Shown here: positions 28,769 through 32,000 of the stretch, one piece after another | Position numbering within the stretch: the first letter of the stretch is position 1 | How the letters are laid out: every line of letters begins with the position of its first letter | NCBI RefSeq assembly: GCF_014280175.1 | Contig: NZ_CP047931.1 | Location: 900,001 to 932,000, forward strand | Source of the DNA: Synechococcus sp. A15-28 | Lineage (GTDB): Bacteria > Cyanobacteriota > Cyanobacteriia > PCC-6307 > Cyanobiaceae | DNA length: 32,000 nt | Direction of reading: 5' to 3' | Made by a program: the position numbers and the translations under genes | The notes under the pieces: generated by a model | The model's input: only the letters and a program-made list of their open reading frames with translations | What the model was told of the DNA's origin: nothing | Databases searched by the model: none

Positions 28769-31700
28769 ATGGCATTCGTTCCGCTTCACAACCACAGCGA
28801 CTACAGCCTGCTCGATGGTGCTTCGCAGCTGCCGGCAATGGTGGAGCGTGCCAAGGAACTGGGCATGCCTGCCATCGCTCTGACCGATCACGGGGTGATG
28901 TATGGAGCGATTGAACTGCTGAAACTTTGTAAGGGTTCAGAACTCAAGCCGATCATCGGCAATGAGATGTATGTCATCAATGGTTCCATTGATGACCCTC
29001 AACCCAAGAAAGAAAAGCGATATCACCTCGTCGTTCTCGCAAAGAATGCCGTCGGATATCGCAATCTGGTCAAGCTGACAAGCATCAGCCATCTGCGCGG
29101 TATGCGCGGACGGGGAATTTTTTCGCGCGCCTGCATCGATAAGCACCTCCTCAAAAAGTACAGCGAGGGGTTGATCATCTCCACCGCCTGTTTGGGTGGT
29201 GAATTGCCGCAGGCAATCCTGCGGGGACGGCCGGATGTGGCTCGTACGGTGGCCCTTTGGTATCAGGAGGTCTTCGGCGAAGACTTCTACCTTGAAATCC
29301 AGGATCACGGCTCTCCTGAAGACCGGATCGTCAATGTCGAACTGGTTCGCATTGCCCAGGAACTTGGCATTCAGTTGGTGGCCACCAACGATGCTCATTA
29401 CCTCAGCAAGCAGGATGTGGAGGCCCATGACGCCTTGCTTTGCGTGCTCACGGGCAAACTGATCAGCGACGAGAAGCGGTTGCGATACACCGGCACGGAA
29501 TACATCAAGACCGAAGAGGAGATGAACCGACTCTTCGTGGATCATTTGGAGCCTGATGTGGTGCGTCAAGCCATCGCCAATACGGTGGCTGTTGCCGAAA
29601 AAGTGGAGGACTACGACATCCTGGGGCACTACCAGATGCCTCGGTTCCCCATTCCAGAGGGACACACCGCCGTCACCTATCTCCGTGAGGTCACAGAGCT
29701 TGGCTTGCGGGTCCGACAGGATCTGGCACCTGATGCGTCCATACCGGCGGACTATGCCGAGCGAATGGCCCATGAGTTGAAGATCATGGAACAGATGGGG
29801 TTCCCGACCTATTTCCTCGTGGTGTGGGACTACATCCGTTTCGCCCGCGAACAAAAAATTCCTGTCGGACCCGGTCGTGGTTCGGCGGCGGGATCCCTTG
29901 TGGCTTACGCCCTCGGAATCACCAACATTGATCCGGTGACGAACGGTCTTCTGTTCGAGCGTTTCCTCAATCCGGAACGGAAGTCGATGCCTGATATCGA
30001 CACCGACTTCTGCATTGAACGCCGTGGTGAAGTGATCGACTACGTCACCGAACGCTACGGCGACGACAAGGTGGCGCAGATCATCACGTTCAACCGGATG
30101 ACGTCCAAAGCAGTGCTGAAGGATGTGGCCCGGGTGCTGGATATTCCCTATGGCGATGCCGACCGTCTGGCGAAGTTGATCCCGGTTGTCCGCGGAAAAC
30201 CCGCCAAGTTGAAGGCCATGATCGGCGAGGAGTCACCAACGCCGGAATTCCGAGAAAAATATGAATCCGATCCGGTGGTCAAGCGCTGGGTGGATATGGC
30301 GATGCGAATCGAGGGGACCAACAAAACCTTCGGTGTGCATGCCGCCGGTGTTGTGATCGCTGCTGATCCGTTGGATGAATTGGTGCCATTGCAGCGCAAC
30401 AACGATGGTCAGGTGATCACGCAGTACTTCATGGAAGATGTGGAATCCATGGGGTTGCTGAAGATGGATTTCCTGGGGTTGAAGAACCTCACGATGATTG
30501 AGAAAACCCTGGAGTTGGTGGAAGTCAGCAGCGGCAACCGCATTGATCCCGATAAACTTCCTCCGGAAGATGAGGAAACGTTTTCTCTGCTTGCTCGGGG
30601 TGATCTCGAAGGGATTTTCCAGCTGGAGTCGAGCGGTATGCGCCAGATTGTTCGTGACCTCAAGCCGTCATCCCTGGAAGATATTTCATCAATTCTTGCC
30701 CTGTACAGACCCGGCCCTCTTGATGCAGGTTTGATCCCAAAATTCATCAATCGTAAACATGGCCGCGAAGCGATTGACTTCGCTCACGCGATTCTGGAAC
30801 CGATTCTGAGTGAAACTTACGGAATCATGGTTTACCAGGAACAGATCATGCGCATCGCGCAGGATCTTGCGGGATATTCACTGGGGCAGGCGGATCTGTT
30901 GCGCCGGGCTATGGGTAAGAAGAAGGTGTCGGAAATGCAGAAGCACCGTGGCATCTTCGTGAAGGGTGCATCAGAGCGCGGTGTTGATGACAAGGTTGCC
31001 GACGAATTGTTTGATCAGATGGTGCTCTTTGCTGAGTACTGCTTCAACAAGAGTCATTCCACGGCCTATGGCGCCGTGACCTACCAAACCGCATACCTCA
31101 AGGCGCATTATCCTGTGGCCTACATGGCTGCTTTGCTCACGGTCAATGCCGGTGCGGCCGACAAGGTGCAGCGCTACATCGCGAATTGCAATGCCATGGG
31201 CATCGAAGTCATGCCCCCTGATGTCAATGCCTCCCTGACGGATTTCACCCCCAACGGCGATCGCATTCTGTTTGGTCTGTCCGCCGTTCGAAATCTCGGC
31301 GATGGTGCCATTCGTCAGTTGATTCGTTCACGGAACAGCGATGGTCCCTTCCGATCGCTTCCTGATCTCTGCGATCGGGTCCCTTCGTCGGTGCTCAACC
31401 GCCGCGGGCTGGAGTCTCTGATCCATTGCGGCGCTTTGGATTCCATGGAGCCTTCCGCCAACCGGGCTCAATTGATGGCTGATCTCGATCTTCTCCTCGA
31501 CTGGGCCTCGTCAAGGGCCAAGGATCGAGATAGCGGTCAGGGCAATCTGTTCGACCTGATGGCAGCTCCGGACGATTCGGATGGTGCCTCTGATCTCAGC
31601 CTCGCCCCGAAGGCTGCTCCCGTGGCTGATTACGGTCCCGCAGAGAAGCTGAAGCTGGAAAAGGAGTTGCTCGGCTTCTACCTTTCGGACCATCCGCTGA

Positions 31701-32000
31701 AGCAGCTCACACCCAGTGCCCGCCTCCTTGCACCCATTGGCTTAGGAGCCCTTGAGGAGCAACCGGACAAGACCAAGGTCAGTGCAGTCACGATGATCAC
31801 CGAGTTGCGTCAGGTCACCACCCGCAAAGGGGATCGGATGGCGATTCTTCAGCTGGAAGACCTTTCCGGCAGCTGCGAAGCAGTGGTTTTTCCCAAGAGT
31901 TATGCCCGACTGGCGGACCATCTGATGACCGAAGCCCGTCTGTTGGTGTGGGCCGGCGTGGATCGACGGGACGATCGCGTTCAGTTGATCATTGACGACT
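28769..32000 (+). CDS. dnaE: DNA polymerase III alpha subunit (5' part, continues past window)
   Basis: ATG 28769; [46 protein letters not shown] (PHP domain), [36 protein letters not shown]. Absent from the supplied ORF track because it runs off the edge. Confidence 0.97.
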   Translation, partial: MAFVPLHNHSDYSLLDGASQLPAMVERAKELGMPAIALTDHGVMYGAIELLKLCKGSELKPIIGNEMYVINGSIDDPQPKKEKRYHLVVLAKNAVGYRNLVKLTSISHLRGMRGRGIFSRACIDKHLLKKYSEGLIISTACLGGELPQAILRGRPDVARTVALWYQEVFGEDFYLEIQDHGSPEDRIVNVELVRIAQELGIQLVATNDAHYLSKQDVEAHDALLCVLTGKLISDEKRLRYTGTEYIKTEEEMNRLFVDHLEPDVVRQAIANTVAVAEKVEDYDILGHYQMPRFPIPEGHTAVTYLREVTELGLRVRQDLAPDASIPADYAERMAHELKIMEQMGFPTYFLVVWDYIRFAREQKIPVGPGRGSAAGSLVAYALGITNIDPVTNGLLFERFLNPERKSMPDIDTDFCIERRGEVIDYVTERYGDDKVAQIITFNRMTSKAVLKDVARVLDIPYGDADRLAKLIPVVRGKPAKLKAMIGEESPTPEFREKYESDPVVKRWVDMAMRIEGTNKTFGVHAAGVVIAADPLDELVPLQRNNDGQVITQYFMEDVESMGLLKMDFLGLKNLTMIEKTLELVEVSSGNRIDPDKLPPEDEETFSLLARGDLEGIFQLESSGMRQIVRDLKPSSLEDISSILALYRPGPLDAGLIPKFINRKHGREAIDFAHAILEPILSETYGIMVYQEQIMRIAQDLAGYSLGQADLLRRAMGKKKVSEMQKHRGIFVKGASERGVDDKVADELFDQMVLFAEYCFNKSHSTAYGAVTYQTAYLKAHYPVAYMAALLTVNAGAADKVQRYIANCNAMGIEVMPPDVNASLTDFTPNGDRILFGLSAVRNLGDGAIRQLIRSRNSDGPFRSLPDLCDRVPSSVLNRRGLESLIHCGALDSMEPSANRAQLMADLDLLLDWASSRAKDRDSGQGNLFDLMAAPDDSDGASDLSLAPKAAPVADYGPAEKLKLEKELLGFYLSDHPLKQLTPSARLLAPIGLGALEEQPDKTKVSAVTMITELRQVTTRKGDRMAILQLEDLSGSCEAVVFPKSYARLADHLMTEARLLVWAGVDRRDDRVQLIIDD

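Noticed and set aside
28937-29854. 305-aa minus-strand ORF opposite dnaE
   Set aside because: Shadow ORF; the plus strand encodes the PHP domain and N-terminal region of DnaE.

Overview
GC-rich cyanobacterial chromosomal window, most like marine Synechococcus (inferred from the pstS + CRP-like ptrA pair, DUF3288, DUF1816 and DUF1350 proteins, and the overall gene set). It is a dense housekeeping region: murF 3' end, glmU, MnmC-like methyltransferase, aroA, ubiD-type decarboxylase, comB-like phosphatase, nitrilase-family hydrolase, amidase, murI, polyprenyl (solanesyl) diphosphate synthase, HAD hydrolase, acs, DUF1350, peroxiredoxin, exonuclease, pstS, a CRP-family regulator (probable ptrA), tRNA-Pro(GGG), msrA, ABC exporter, trpD, carA, STAS protein, mrnC, rlmB-like, DUF1816, gatA and the 5' part of dnaE. 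The main anomaly is an AT-richer segment (about 1500-3016). It carries a disrupted ORF for a glycine/aspartate-rich, RTX-like beta-roll repeat protein: about 12 repeat motifs, two in-frame stops and two frameshifts, each explainable by loss of one base from a T or A run. Other signals: a four-unit Pho-box-like array upstream of pstS, a weaker similar signal upstream of the regulator, a palindrome between a HAD gene and acs, a highly basic low-complexity N-terminus on the RlmB-like methyltransferase, and an uninterrupted DnaE split-intein insertion site. I found no CRISPR array, transposase, integrase, rRNA operon or convincing new defence system.
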